A stretch of 64,000 bases of DNA from Microbotryum violaceum (GCA_001244265.2 CDLV01000004.1:2480001-2544000); one strand, 5' to 3'; shown: positions 23,604 through 42,750, counted from the first letter of the stretch. The notes: generated by a model from the letters alone, not told the origin. Program-made: numbers and translations.

Positions 23604-24352
23604 GCCAGATATCTTCGCTTGGAGGCGGTCGTTTGGGACTCGTGCAGTGGGAACCCTGTTGGGTGGCCCGTACCACAATTTAAGTATCACAAAATGTGGA
23701 TGAACAGGTAAAGCCGGCTTTCTGTTCACTGTTTTCTGTTCTCTTGTATTGATAAGTGCTGGGAAGATGAATTATTGCTTGGTCAAGCGGGAGAATGCAT
23801 TGAGGCCAATCATTGTGCTAATCAGGGTTGTCAGAGTCGTCCAAAATCTCCACCTCTGCTGGGAATGACCGCCATGACATCTTTAACTTTACCTTCTTAG
23901 CTGAACTAGCTAGCGTTCCAGCGATCGTTTGCAGAGCCTCCTCTCAGTTGAAAGTAGTAAGTCTGTGCCTCTTTGTTGGTGCCAAATTTCGTACTCGCAA
24001 GCTCCTCCTCAGCCGTGGGGACGTCCGACTCCAAGCTGCTTTAGCAAAGACTATCGATTACTAGTATAATTGTTTGGCGAGATGTGAGAGTGCGAGTGTG
24101 CAATGAAAGAAGAGAAAACAGCGCGGGTACATTGTGAAGTTCCCAAAATGTCGCAATTGCACCTCCTTTCTTTGTGTGATTTGTGTGATTAGTTGATAAG
24201 CACCCTCTGGCAGCAAAAACGTCTGAAGGCCTCAGCTCCCAAACTGGCCCGTCGGCAAGCCATGCCGCCTCACCCGCGGTCAGCGCTTGGGCCAAATAAT
24301 GCGGCACAAACATGGGCATTGAGCCGAATACAATTTGAAATTTGATGTCCTC

Positions 24353-26795
24353 CACTGAGCGACGTTTTTGGCGGGGAATACCCATTCAGATGGGTATTCC
24401 CTGGGCTGCCGTAGTACCCACGTGACAATGGTATTACTCAAGCAGATGGTATTCCCTTCGGTTTGGGTATTTCCAATTTTAATGGGTAATACCATCCAGA
24501 AAGTCTCAATAGGGGCTCTTTTCGGGAGCGTGATAGAACTTAATTCACATTAGCTTGCTCAATAGGTTATATATCATTAATCACTAGTGCGAGCTCAATT
24601 GGCTTTGGCTTACTCATTAGGGTGTGTATCATAAATTACTAATGCTCGCGTTCATATTACTAATGTTAATGCAGCCATTTTATATTGCATGCCAGATGTT
24701 GTAGTACATATTGTGGTATGTGTGCATTATCTAGCAAGTGTCTACCTCCGTTACCATCTCTGACGTGTAGCCGGATGGTTTGGATCATTGGCGTCCAAAT
24801 CATCCGCAGCTGCCGCGCGTGCTCCGCTTCCTCAAGTCCTTCGAGAGCGTTCCAACTCCTTGACGTCTTCTTCGTCCTGTCCCTGATCCTTGTCTTGTTC
24901 CTCTTCGTTTCGACGGTTGCCAAGGTTTCTCTTGTAATTGATCTGTTGGCTTCTGTTAAAGTTTCGATTGGTCTTCTTGCTTCTTGACGGACCCGGGCCT
25001 CTAGAGCCGGTCATCTGATGCGACCGCAAGGAAACATGTCGATTCTGCAAGGGCCGAGGAAGAAGTGATTGGTCAGCGCGCAAGCGAGCGCACAATCAAG
25101 GTAAGGACCGGCGCGTGTTACTTACATACTTGACGATTCCTATTGCTTCGAAGCAGCATGTTCCTCCACAATAGTGTAGGTGCTTGTTCTGGCACAGACG
25201 AGTCTGCGCGCGTCCTTGGGATGATGTTCTTTGGGCAGTTGCTAGCTGTGAGACCATTCCAAGCCAATCTCCGCAAGCGGCCCATACACCTGGACCGGAA
25301 CAGGTGTTCTAATCTCTGCCACTACTGCATCACCTACTGGGTCAAGGAATGTTACAAGTGGTGCAGGGAAGTCAGAGCTAGTCGGTGGTCGGGTTCTGCT
25401 TGTTGAAATTGCCGGCGCCTACGCAAAGCTGATCTTAAGGGACATTGTCAGTTTGCTCGTGCTTGCAAGTATACTCACACAAGCTCATATCGCCTTTGTC
25501 GTTTAGTACGTACATGCCATCCGCATCGAGGCACTTTCTGGCTGCAGGGAGTGGACCGAGGCGACACGTTGGCGAAAAGTTGGCCGATTTAGCCCGAACC
25601 TGAGCCCGAACGTGGCGAAGCACACCCTTGAGTCAGAACAATTACTCCAAGTTCAGCTCACCATGCCCTTCCCATTCGGAATTTAAATCTCCTCGTCATT
25701 CCCGGATGCAGATCCTCCCATTGCTGAGCTTCCGTGTGGCAGGGGACAGAAAGGTGGGTGGGAGAAGGACTGAACACGTGAACGGAAAGAGGCAAAGGGA
25801 GAAACGGAGGCGCACGCGCGGGCTTTGCTCAGGCTCACATAGCTTGATTAGATTATGAGCTACTGTCATTAATGTGCACGACTAACTGAGAAAATGTCCG
25901 CGACTACGCCCATTGCTCCACGATTTTTCGCCCAGTCTTCTCCCGGACTCTCAAACGTGGTCGGCGCTCAGATCGACAACACGGCGCTGTCAAACGACAC
26001 ACAAGCCTCTGGCAGCGTCTCAAGTAGTAACTCGCATATTCAATACATGCGGTCTTACACCTTACACATAGCCAATTTCATCGAATAGCATGGATCTTGA
26101 TTGCTAAGTTGCCATGGAGCGGCTCAACCGTTAACGGTCACGCGTGTCGCAAGCAAGGCTTGGCAGTTACTACAGGACGCAGTGAATCATTGTTAGTCAT
26201 GTTCGACTTAAGGAGCACAACCTTCTTGCGATGTGAATTATCTGACCTCTTCTCTGTGAGCTGATGCACCTGAGTGCGGATGCTGCCTTGCAAATGGCTT
26301 GTTCGCGGTTTCCTCGCTTCTCTTATCTCATCAGTGTACTGGCACTGAGGAAGTATCCCTAGTGCAAGCAGATGGAGCTCGAGCACATGCACAAGACAAC
26401 TCCCAGGCGCTCCCTCGTGAACGCGAAGGAGCCGATCGTGTCGAACGTTTTGGTCATCTTTTGGCGATTTATGAGTTCCGATAGGGGGAGCAGGTGCGCG
26501 CATTCGCACCTGATTGTGCCAGGTGGACCTACGACCCTGACATTTTCCTATCGCTTCACAGAACTTCCTGCTTGGGAAGGTACGGTGGCTTGGTTTGAGC
26601 CACTTGCAACCCGTCTACGATGCGATCAAACAGGCCCCAATTGCCAAGCCGACGCCAAAGCGGCAAAAGCGGAAGGCTGTGTCTCCTGTAGGAGCGCAAA
26701 AGCATCAGAACTTGTGCTTCACTTAAGTTCAACATGCTTCAGGAGCAGTCGAGATTGTGGATCTGCGGTGCATCCTGGCCTCAGCTGGTCGCATA
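24353..26795 (+). mobile_element. CACTA/EnSpm-like element, left part (CACTGAG terminus, subterminal GGTA(A/T)TACC-type repeats, degraded transposase 3' portion)
   Basis: CACTGAGCG..TTTTTGGC at 24353 matches the terminus at 61904 (reverse); repeats at 24370-24495; reading frame GAVEIVDLRCILASAGRI runs into the Copia insertion and continues at 45264 on the minus strand. Confidence 0.6.
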
Positions 26796-31464
<4,669 letters not shown>

Positions 31465-31469
31465 TCACC

Positions 31470-33387
31470 ATCAACAGCTCGGACGAGTACGTGGTTCGAC
31501 ATGATCTGACCATAGACCTCTTGTCGTCCTTTCATTTTGTCGTGTGGTGTCGGAGTCAAATGTGAGCGCAAGAAAAGGCACGCCCCAGCTTGCGTCATGA
31601 TACATCACGAATCAGCGACTAACGTGAGATCGTCCCTCGGTGATGATCGCAGTTGTCGCTTGCTCGTGCAAAGTCTTCTCCCGGATATTTATCCCTGAAG
31701 CGAAGGTGCCTCTCGTTCTCCACAGACTGTCGATACCTGTCCATTCCCATTGTCTCGACTATCCGTCGAGGTGCCGCATAATGCACGTTGCTGCGATGCT
31801 CGGTTCGGTTTTGCGCAAAGGGTTGATCTGACGCTACGTTCTGTGCGCCGCCTTTAAACTTGATCTTCTCGAGGTGTCGGCATTGGTGTGCACGTCGTCG
31901 AGCGAGCAAGCTGTCCAAGTCGAGTGTGGGGACAGAGTAGAGGGCCCCCTTCTCTAGAAGATCACGCGGGTACGGGGGCGCTTCCCACTGGTTGGGAACA
32001 CGGGTCTGTATCGGTAAATGCCTCAATCAACCGATAATTGCGCTCACTCACGGATTGCTCATGCTCATGGCATGCTTCGGCCAGGATCGTTTGAAACTCT
32101 CGATCTTCTTCTTCTGCATCGGCTTGACCGAAGCCAGCATCAACAGCATCGCTGAGGGTTCAATATACGGTTGTTAGTGATCGTTTGTTGCTCTCAAACA
32201 CCAAGCTACGTACATCAGAGCTTCCTGGTCAATGTCAAGCGCAGTCACCGAAAGAAGCGCGTCGCATTCCTCGCGTCGCATAATACACGGTAATGGCTCC
32301 GATCCGACAAGACGGACACGATCGAGGACTTGGTTCAGACCAGCCTCGTTCACGTTCGGAGGGACACCTTGGCGAACGGTCGACTCGGATGTGTTTCGGA
32401 GTACCAGGCGGAGCCTGCAGACACACGCAAGATTCTACCCACATCAGTATCCGGGATTGACCCATGAATGAGCCCAGAGGATGCAAACTCACTGAGGATC
32501 TGTAGAAAGTCTTGGAGGCGTGTAGATCGACCTCGAAGATTGACGCGGTCGACAGCTGTCCAACGTATGCGAGTGAGGTGATGACGAGCACTGGCAAGCT
32601 CACGCTCCCGAATCGCGTCGGCGTTAGCTGATCGAGGAATCCATTCTTGAATGTTGTGGATGATATATCGAATTTTTTCTGCCTTGTCGAGATGGGCCCA
32701 TAACGCCGAGGCATTGAGAGGAAGGCGCATTGACCGACGACCCCGATACGGCGAATGCGATAGATTGATAGTCATCTAGATAAGCCAAGGATAGAAAGCT
32801 TTGATCGGAAAACTTTCCGATAGATTGCTTCAAGGGGCGTGGCAGCGCGTCAAAATGTCGAGGGTCCTCTTTCGATAGAGCAAGTCGGAGTGAAGCGTCG
32901 GGCGCAGGTAGGTCGTACGCGAGTAGGTCAAGTCTGGTCAACGAGGCGTAGGTCGGCAACAGGGCTCAAGATTGCAGATTCCTCGGAGGTGAGAGCAAAG
33001 CTCGGTTCGATATTAATGATCACAGGCATTTTGAACACCTTTGTAGACACCTTTGTAGAGTATAGAGTGCCAGTGATTGGGTGTCACGACCGCGGTCGGT
33101 GGCGTGTCGCGCGGGTCAAACTGAAATGGACTCGAATAGGATCTCATGATTAATCGCAAATGCAGCACTTACCAACGCGCTCAAATCGCAAACAGCGCGA
33201 CTGTTACCCGCGCGCAGCTGGGCCGGCTATATATGCCCCGCGCCTCCAGCCTCCCGCTACCCTGGTCTGCGCTTCAAAGTTTGACCGGAGGGAGGAAAAT
33301 GTCCAAAAATGAGGTGAGCATCAACCCATTTTGAGCTAAAAATGTCCAAATTTGCGGGCCGCCTCTGGCTGGGCTTTCGGGGGTCCT
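31470..33387 (-). mobile_element. Left half of a TIR DNA element (TIR ends at 33387) carrying the 5' exons of an unknown intron-containing gene
   Basis: Minus strand starts AGGACCCCCGAAAGCCCAGCCAGAGGCGGCCC; flank 33388-33395 reverse-complements to TCATGGTA versus CCATGGTA at 50900-50907; exon-like ORFs at 32350-32775 and 31619-32026. Confidence 0.7.
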
Positions 33388-35416
33388 TACCATGAGCCTG
33401 CTCGAGCGCCCGCTGCTGGGCGCCCCGCGGCTCGACCCTCCTGTTCGTCCCGCACCGATCAACAGAATCAGCCCCCCGGCGCGTCATGACAACAATTCAA
33501 CCGATCTTGGCATTGCGACACGTATACGAGCCCGCCGTGCAGCTGTGCAGAACGGACAGCGTGGTGAGCGCGATGGCCAACTCGAAGCTGGGCTCGCCCC
33601 ACCACCACCTCCTCCGCAAAGGCGAGTGCGCCGGGCTCGAAACGCGCTCAAACCCTTCAAGCCCACGTTTCGATCCGCGACGACCTCGGCCCCCAGACGG
33701 CCGTGTGCACCCACTGCAAGGCTCGGCACTGGGAGTGCGAAAGGTCGAAGTCGACCAGACACTTCAGCGCGTGCTGCTCGCAGGGCAAGGTGCGGCTACC
33801 TCCCCCTCCCCAGCCCAATCTCGAGTATCGGCAGCTTCTTGAAGGCTCGGATAGCGGTCAGTTGCTCCGTCCAACAACATCTCTCTGCAGTATGGCCCAC
33901 ATGCTGAACTGTGCGATGCACCTACACAGACGCTAAAGCATTCCGCGAGAATGCCCGGTCGTACAACAACGCGTTGTCGTTCACTTCGCTCGCTGCCCTC
34001 TGGGACCAAACTCAAGTGGGCACGCTAGGACCCCCGTGTTTCGCGTATTTGGTCGCCTCTACCATCGACTCGGCGCCCTGATCCCTGCCGTGAATCAACG
34101 CCCAGCCTTTGCTCAAACATGGCTCATCAACCCGGCCGAGGCCACCGACACTCGACTTGAACCCGACGGCGCAGACAGTCACATGCAACGATCTACTTTG
34201 ACCAAGCTCGAGTCCATGTTGCGTACCAAGAATCACTTTGTGAGGGAGTTCGCATCGGCCAAACTTTGCGCAGGTTGGGATACGGCCAAAGAGTGGGTCC
34301 TGCGCCTCTGCCTCCCGCCAGGCCGGGACCGACGTACCCACAACCTTCCTACGTCAAGCACGGAAATGGCGAAGCTTATCTGCGATTCCGACACTAACAC
34401 GGGAGATCGTGGACCGCAAGACCTTATTCTCCAGGTGCACGGTGATCGATGTCCCGATGATCGGCCCAAGTACCAAGTCATCAGCTCGCTCCATCCGTCT
34501 GCCTTGCCTCTCCGGTAGCCACTACTATTTCCTGCAAGGGAAGATGGGTCTCACCCCAACATTTTTCTTTGCGGGTTTCGCTAAACTGGGGCCAGAAACC
34601 GAGAGCAGATCGGCAAAGGTGTCCAATCGCGGAGGTACTTGCCGGTCTCGGTTTTGCTGACGAAGGCGAAGAGGAGGACGAAGACTGTGACGATGAGGAT
34701 GAAGACGGCGGGGGACGAAGAGAATGGTGATGGTGAACGTACGCGTCTTCGGCTCTTTCTCTGATGTTCCATTCTGCCGAAGGCGCAAGCACAGACTGAC
34801 ATTGAACTTTTGAACACCTAGGACGAAGGTCAAGTAAAGGGGTCGAGGTGGCGAGTCTCGCGTTCACAATTCTTTGCGCACTACTTGCCAAACGTGACGA
34901 GTACTTCTCAATCCCGCATTGCACCCAACGTCCCATCCTGGAGTTTGTGATTTACGGATATCCTCCCAAGTCGAGACCGATCGACTCAACACATCCGGTT
35001 ACATCAAGAGAACCTACGCCTCACCACGACCCACGGCATCAACGGCTTGGCCCCGAACCAAATCGCGACATTACGCAGCGATACCAGGATGCGATGGCGT
35101 GCGTTGTCAAACATGGAAAGCCTCCGCTGCTGATCACGATGACGTACGACCCCGACTCACCGGAAATCAAGGCTGCACTGGGGCCGATAAAGCATGCAAC
35201 CGTCCGGATCTCATTGCACGAGTGTTTGAAGCCAAGTCCGGCAACAAGCGACATGCAGGCTGTTTCGGCAATGAATATAAGATGAACGGATTTTGTTTCT
35301 TTGCTGTATTTCGTATTGTGTTTTCTTAACCTCTGCGCTGATATCATGTAAACTGTTCGATTATCCTACTATTTTTTGAATTTCATCCTCCCGTTAATTT
35401 AACGGGTTCCCACTGG
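33388..35416 (+). mobile_element. Helitron 1 (degraded, internally deleted), 3' portion
   Basis: CTHCKARHWECER..CCSQGKV zinc finger, FRVFGRLYHRLG, YQDAMACVVKHGKP.L.ITMT; 3' hairpin CCCGTTA-ATT-TAACGGG (35390-35406) then CTGG|T at 35413-35417. Confidence 0.8.
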
Positions 35417-35436
35417 TAAAATCCTTAAAACTTATA

Positions 35437-37263
35437 TCTACTAATCTACTAAACTACTAAAAAGAACTGTCTACTAAACTACTAAAAAGAACTGTCTACT
35501 AAACTACTGAAAAGAACTGTCTACTAAACTACTAAAAAGAACTGTCTACTAAACTACTAAAAAGAACTGTCTACTAAACTACTAAAAAGAACTGTGTGGC
35601 TAAAGAACTTCAAAGAACGTCAGAGAACGGGAGACAAAGAACGTCAAAGAACAGGAACCACGTGGCGTGACGTCATAACGGTTTCGGTATACTGCAACGG
35701 CTCTCGGTCCACCGCGTCCCAACTAACTAGCGCTGTTTTAGACAATGCCTTCCCGTTATCCCACAGCTCGGTTCGATGGAGTGACCGTCGGGCTGGCAGG
35801 TATGTGCCAATCTTTCAAAAGCAAAACGCAGGGCAGCATGGGTAACTGACCGGTTCGACTGTAACATCACAGGAAATCCGAAGCAATGCCTTCCAGTTAT
35901 TCCAAGTCATTGCCTGCACAAATTGTCGACGCTTGCTTCATGCAATGCTGACTTCTGGGGGGAAGTTGAGGTGCTGCTTGACTTCGTACGGTTGAGAATC
36001 CGGGTCATTGGAACACTAAAAGTGAGTCTTCACTGCCATTGCTACAGATGGACAACAGCATACTGATAGTCGAATCACGCAAGAAAACAGGCTCCGGTTG
36101 CGTGAATTGCAGCTCACCATCCCGTGGCAGTCGTGTTGGCAGGTGTGTGCCAATCTTTCAAAAGCACAGGGCAGGGCAGCATGACTAACTGACCGGTTGG
36201 ACTGTAACATCACAGGGGATCCGAAGCAATGCCTTCCCGTTATTCCAAGTCATTGCCTGCACAAATCGTCGACGCTTGCATCACATGGAATGCTGACTTC
36301 TGGGAGGAAGTTGAGGTGCTGCTTGACTTTGTACGGTTCACGCAAGAAAAACAGGTCCGTGAATTGCGGCTCACCATCCGGTCGCAGATCCTCAGCGGCT
36401 CGGTTCGGTGGAGTGACCGTCGTGTTGACAGGTATGTGCCAATCTTTCAAAAGCAAAACGCAGGGCAGCATGACTAACTGACCGGGTGGACTGTAACATC
36501 ACAGGGGATTCGAAGCAATGCCTTCCCGTTATTCCAAGTCATCGCCTGCACAAATCGTCGATGCTCGCATCATAAATGCTGACTTCTGCGGGGATCTCTC
36601 AGTAAGTAGTAGTCCTCGCCTGACCTTTAGACCCTATACTAACAACGGCACGGTGCGAGCGCAGACCAACAATGCGTCTTCTGGCTTCTGGCCGCTGCAG
36701 ACCGCATGACCGAAACGGAACAGGCAAAGGCACAGTGCTTTGCAGATTGGCTCTTCGGAGTTGGAGACAGGTCGGCGAACGAAACGGAAGACTATCGCGT
36801 TCCCACGTGAGCTTTTCCTGCCGGCGACCACTAGGAACAGATCCGGGTTGATCAGACACGTTTATCCCGTCCCGCGCTCGAACTGGACAATATGTCGATA
36901 GGCGAAAAAGTCGAATACTTCCGAGAGCGAGCAAAGCTGACGCCCAAAAATTCGCAGGTGGATCACATCAACGACATGGTGCTCGACCTGCTGCCGGGTG
37001 ACGCTCAAACCATCTACAGCGCGGATTTGGACGCCTTCGTCGCGGTGGATGTCGCCGCACCGTCACCGATTTCACTTCGTCCACTGCCGGAGCATCAAAT
37101 TCATCCAATGGATCCACCGCCTGTGAACGCTGCGATCTCTCGCAATTTTCTGCCCGACCCTCCCCTTTGCCAAATCATGTTGCGCATAGATGAAAGCAGC
37201 GTAGAACCGTAGCCATCTGCAATAAAGTAACAGAACTGCTGAGGAGCGCGCCGCCGAACCTAG
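35437..37263 (+). mobile_element. Non-autonomous Helitron with triplicated PIF1 fragments
   Basis: A|TCTACTAA 5' end at 35437; [18 protein letters not shown] segment three times (~35860, ~36200, ~36490); [26 protein letters not shown] at 37260-37264 with only a weak hairpin. Confidence 0.65.
35445..35594 (+). repeat. Tandem repeat, 6 x 25 bp TCTACTAAACTACTAAAAAGAACTG
   Basis: Six copies with one substitution. Confidence 0.95.
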
Positions 37264-37744
37264 TATAATAAAAAAACGTTGTCGAGACAAACCACGTGGC
37301 GTAACATCATAGCCAGCTCTCGGTCCAGCGCGTCCCAGCTAGCTAGCGCTGTTTCAGACCGTTTCGCCTACGTTCGCCGAGGTTCCATTGAATAGCACGT
37401 GACTCTCTGTGTCCCGATGCAGACTGTTTTGCGTGTCTACCACGTTGACGTCAAAGAACGTCAGAGAACGGGAGACAGACCACATGGCGACAGACCGTTC
37501 CGTCCACGTTCACCGAGGTTCCAACATTCTTTGAGGTTCCATTTCCCATCAAAGCAGCCTGGCACATGACCCTCTGCTTCGGGCTTCACTCCACGACGTT
37601 CCGCGGCCTTCCGCGACATTCTATGAGTCCGGTCTAAACCGGTTCTCGGCACTCGCGATGGATAGGAGCTAGAGGTGGTTTCGCCAACGTTCGCTGACGT
37701 TCGCCGGCGTTCCATAATCGGCGAAGTTACGTCAACGTTATCAA

Positions 37745-40700
37745 ATGAATCCACCGCCTGTGAGCATGACGTCTCGGAGATCTGAAGCCCAGCAACAACG
37801 TCATCAACCGGAAAGGCTCGAGCGAGAGCGTACCGGTCCGGTCCTATTGACGAATCAGTCCACTTCTATAAGATCTAGTGCACAACGATTGCGGCGACTC
37901 AGGGAAAGGCAGCAAAATGATTCTGTCGATGTATCACCTCCACCCCAGGCAACGCCCAACGTCCATTCTGTCCCGCAGCGACGACCTCGCAGTCCTGAAC
38001 CTCCGGGAGCGCGTTCGGTTCGCGCACGGCAACATCCACCCGCCACACAATCACCGATGGCACTGCGTCCACTGCCGGAAGGATCCTACCCTCGACACGA
38101 CTTAGGTCCAATGGATCTTCTGTGTCCGAAGTGTAGCGCCTTCCATTGGGACTTCGAACGCTTGGGAGGACAGCAAAATTCAGAATTCAGGTCATGTTGC
38201 GACGACGGCAAGGTGGAGCTACCGAAGATCAGAAAACCTCCCAACACTTTGCTTGAGCTTCTCACTGGCGATGGGCAAGGTATGTTAGACATCATGCCCT
38301 TATTTGTTGGTGCAGTACATCTGACAAAAACGCCTTGCACCGTGTGTACAGTGGAGAAGCTATTCCGTGAGCAAATCCTGGCCTTTAATGAGAACCTTGC
38401 AATGGCGTCATTTGGAACAAGCCAAGATTACGGAATCATGGGCTCTGGTGGACCGCCTTCTTTCTACCTCAGCGGAAATGTCTATCATAGAATGGGTACG
38501 CTAGCTCCAGCACAAGGTAGCAACCCTGTATTCGCACAAATTCTCTTCGTGGCTCCTTCCGAACGGATCGACACTCGAATTAGGTTCAACGGACCCTCAT
38601 CGGACGACGAACAGCAATTGGTCACCGCATACCGCCAGATTCTTCCCCGGTTGGACGAGATGATGCTACAAGAAGACAGGAGAGCGCAGCAGTTCCTCAC
38701 GGCGCGAGAGTTCATCAATCATGAGGATGCCCACGCATATCAGTTACGTCTTCTTGCACCACGAAATCGAGACCTCAGGAGGTACAATTTGCCAACGCAA
38801 GACGAGGTCGCCGTAATCCTACTGGGTGACGAGACGGAGCATCGTTAGGCTTATCGGGAAATCGTGGTGCGATTGTGTTTGCCACCAGATGGGGACACGA
38901 CCAGTTGGCTTCAAACCCTTCCAGACAAACATCCAGCGGTGATGTCGCTGACATATCCGCTACTCTTGTCGTTCGGAGAAGACTGGTATCAGGACAACAT
39001 TCCTTTCAGTCAAAACGCAAGCGTATCTTCGGCTGATCGGAGAACTCGGAACGCGGATGGCGTCTTGCAGCGTACGCATGGGTCTGGCTCAACGACCGCC
39101 GACAATCCGCAAACCGGGAGAGGTGGATCGAAACACGTCACACCGCTTCAATTCAACCCCTATTACTTCCACATTTGGCCCGAAACCGAGTCCTTCCCTA
39201 CACTATTCCTTGGTGGTCGACTTTTTCAAAAGTTCGTCGCCGATGCGTGGGCTCTGACAGAGCAGGAACGGCTGCGATGGATCAAGATGAACCAGAAAAC
39301 ATTAAGAGCCGAGGAGTATTCGTCCCTAAGCCAGCCTTGCGGAGGGCATTGATCCGTCGGAAATTGGGAAAAGAGTTATCTTACCGTCTACGTACCCAGC
39401 TCACCTCGGAATATGGTGCAGCTATACCAAGACGCCATGGCAATTGTCCGTGCTTTCGGCGCACCGGATCTGTTTATCACGATGACCTGCAATCCCGCCT
39501 GGCCAGAGATCGTAAACGCGTTGTTGCCAGGCCAAACCGCTTCGAATCGTCCCGACATTGTAGCACGAGTTTTCCAGGGCAAGCTCACAGCTTGCCTTCA
39601 TGACATCTATGGAGATCATGGCAAACCCGGTGTGTTCGGCAGGGTGAGTTCTATCACATTGGTTTCAGGGTATTCTGTGTGCTGATGTACACCTCAAATA
39701 TTGTCCATTATTCAGGTGGTTGCCCACGTTCATGTAATCGAGTTTCAGAAGATGGGCCTCCCACACGCCCACATCCTTCTGATCTTACATCCGGATGACA
39801 AACCGAAGACAAACGAAGACTTTGACCGAATTGTCACAGCGGAGATTCCGGATCGAGAAAAGTTTCCGACATTGTTTGAGACGATCACCAATTCCATGCT
39901 CCACCGTCGATGCGACCTCCCCGGACAACACACCTGTCACGACAAGAATGGAAAATGCTCGAAGGGATTCCCGAAGCAATTTCAGGATCGCACTACCAGT
40001 GAAGACGGGGGCTATCCGCATTACCGTCGCCGCAATCTTCACCAGTTCATCAAGTTTCCGGGAACTGGACGGGAGATCTATACCGATGCGAACGTTGTAC
40101 CGACTAATCCGTGGCTGGCTTCGAAATTCAATTGCCATATCAATGTGGAAATTGCGAACGGGGTTGCGGCGGTCAAGTATCTTTACAAATATGTTTACAA
40201 GGGTCATGACCGGGCCGGACTTTATTTACCGTGGAAGCAGGCGCGCTGCGTAACGAAGTGAAAGACTTCCTCGATGCGTGATATGTCTGTGCTCCAGAAG
40301 CAATGCACCGAATGTTTCAATACCAAATGCACGGTCACAAACCAGCCGTCACACGTCTTGCACTGCACCTGCCTAACGAACAACAAGTCCGATTTGATCC
40401 TGAAGACGGACCACCAACTATGGCAGCTCCACCAGAGACGACTCTTACGGCATTCGTGAAGCTTTGCGCCACAGTTCCACCGGTGCCCAAGGTACAAAAC
40501 TTACTTTATCTCGACGTGCCCCGGTCTTTTCGTTGGGATTCAAACAACGAGCTTGGCAAGAACGGAAAACGAACACACCCGCCACTGGCCGTATGTACTT
40601 CTGCGGTCCGGAAGCCGGTGAACGATATTACTTGCGGTTGCTTCTACTCAACGTCCCGTCGCCGACATCCTTCGCTCAATTGAGAACTTTCAACGGCACG

Positions 40701-42750
40701 GAATTTAAGACTTTCCGGGAAGCATGTGTCGAACGAGGATTACTGCGAGACAACACCGAGGCAAACCGGTGCCTCACGGAAGCGGCCGTCTTTCATTCCG
40801 GTCACCAGCTTCGCCATCTATTTGCGATGTTGTTGACCGCTGATGGTGGTGTCTCGAATGCAGCGGAGTTATGGGAAACACACCACAACAGTCTGTCGGA
40901 CGATGCCGAGTACCATCTGCGGATGCGACATGGACAGTCTTTCATCACTCCAGAACACATTTCTAGCTGGGCACTACTCCAACTGGAGCAGATCCTCCAA
41001 CGCTTAGGGACCAGTCTCTGTGATCACGGACTGCCTTTGCCGACAGCGACGTTCGAAAACGAGCTCGAGCTATCGCGACTAATGATGGAAGAGCGGTCAA
41101 CACCGGAAGAAATTGAGCGAATGAACCGGGAGTGGATGAAAAATCTGGAGGTGTTCACGGTTGAGCAAAGGCACGCATTCGACACAATTTGCGATTCAGT
41201 ATTCAATGTCCGAGGCAAGACGTTCTTCATCAACGCACCAGGTGGAACTGGCAAAACGTCCCTGGAGACTACGATTCTTTCACCGATTCGTTCCGAGAAC
41301 AAATACGCTCTGGCTGTTGCTTCATCCGGCATTGCTGCGCTATTACTTCCGAAAGGCAGAACGGCACATTCGCGCTTCAAGATTCCGATCGACATGTTCG
41401 ATGACTCGACCTGCAACATTCACAAACAAGGACAGCTGGCGGAACTTTTTCGAGTGTGCGAGCTCATTGTATGGGATGAAGCGCCGATGCAGCACCGTCG
41501 TCACTTTGAGCTGGTGAACAAGATGCTGCAAGACGTCCGTACGTCTTCGGCAAGATTTGGTGGGATTACAGTCCTCCTGGCAGGTACATATCAAGGACTA
41601 CCATGGCATATTGGACTTGGCTAATGAACTTGTGTATTTCAACTGCAGGTGACCCCAGACAATGCCTCCCTGTTGTACCCAAGGCTTCACTTCCTCAGAT
41701 CTTGGATGCCTGCATCATGAATGCGGATTTCTGGGGAGAAGTTCAAATACTCCATCTGTCAGTAAGTACATTCATTCGATTCATTTGTGAAAAGTTTGAC
41801 AATGCGAGACTGAATTGCGACCTAGGGGCCTTTCTACTCAGACGAACATGCGTCTTCTTGCTGCTGTACACCGCATGACAGAAACGGAACTGGCCAAGTC
41901 ACAGGAGTTTGCAGAATGGCTTCTGAAAGTTGGTGATGGTTCCGCCAACATTGATGGTGGAGATACCATCACTCTTCCTGACCACCTGTGCCTCCCAGTC
42001 GACTCGAGACACAAGACCGGCTTGATCAACCACGTATATCCTCTCTCTGCGGATGATCTCACCCTGATGTAAGCCGAAAACAAAGTTGCTTATTTCCGGG
42101 ATCGCGCAATTTTGGCACCAAAGAATGCGGATGTTGATGAACTCAACAACATGATCATTGAACTTCTTCCCGGCGATGCTCAAGCATTTTACAGCGCTGA
42201 CTCCGTAGACGAGGAGGACGGATCACTGTATCCGACGGAGTATCTTAACACTCTTAACATTCCCGCGATGCCACTCCATGCAGTTCGATTGAAGGTCGGC
42301 TGCACGGCCATGCTGCTGCGCAATATGGACCCTGGCGCGGGGCTATGTAATGGCACCCGGCTGTTGTTGACACGGTTGCAATCCCGTGTACTGGAAGCAA
42401 TCTTCTTGACTGGCGATCATGCCAGACAAACCATTCTGCTGCCCCGGATCACGCTCAAGAATGCATCTTCAGCGGATCTTCCGCTCACCCTCTACCGAAC
42501 ACAGTTCCCCATCCGGCTGGCCATGGCGATGACAATCAACAAATCACAAGGACAGTCTTTGGGTCACGTTGGGGTGTGTCTGGAAAACCCTGTCTTCTCA
42601 CATGGACAGTTGTACGTTGCACTGTCCCGAGCATCAAACGTACATGGTGTTAAGGTTCTTCTGCCAACTACTACTGGCACTCAACAGCATGCTTCCCACA
42701 ACGTCACTGACAACATTGTGTTCACAAGGATATTTGACTCAATGGCCTGA
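37745..42750 (+). pseudogene. Helitron 2 Rep/helicase (zinc finger, HUH Rep, PIF1 helicase); near full-length, intron-containing, with stops and frameshifts
   Basis: [107 protein letters not shown]. Stops at ~38846 and ~42070. Confidence 0.95.

Noticed and set aside
24055-24070. Helitron 3' end at CTAGT (~24061)
   Set aside because: No convincing subterminal hairpin on either strand.
33367-33387. GGGCTTTCGGGGGTCC as an RNA hairpin or terminator
   Set aside because: The stem depends on G-U pairs; a TIR with TSD explains the position and conservation better.
35445-35594. CRISPR-like arrays (also 7869-7983, 60963-61160, 61485-61611, 63092-63224)
   Set aside because: Head-to-tail tandem units with no unique spacers, no cas genes, eukaryotic context.
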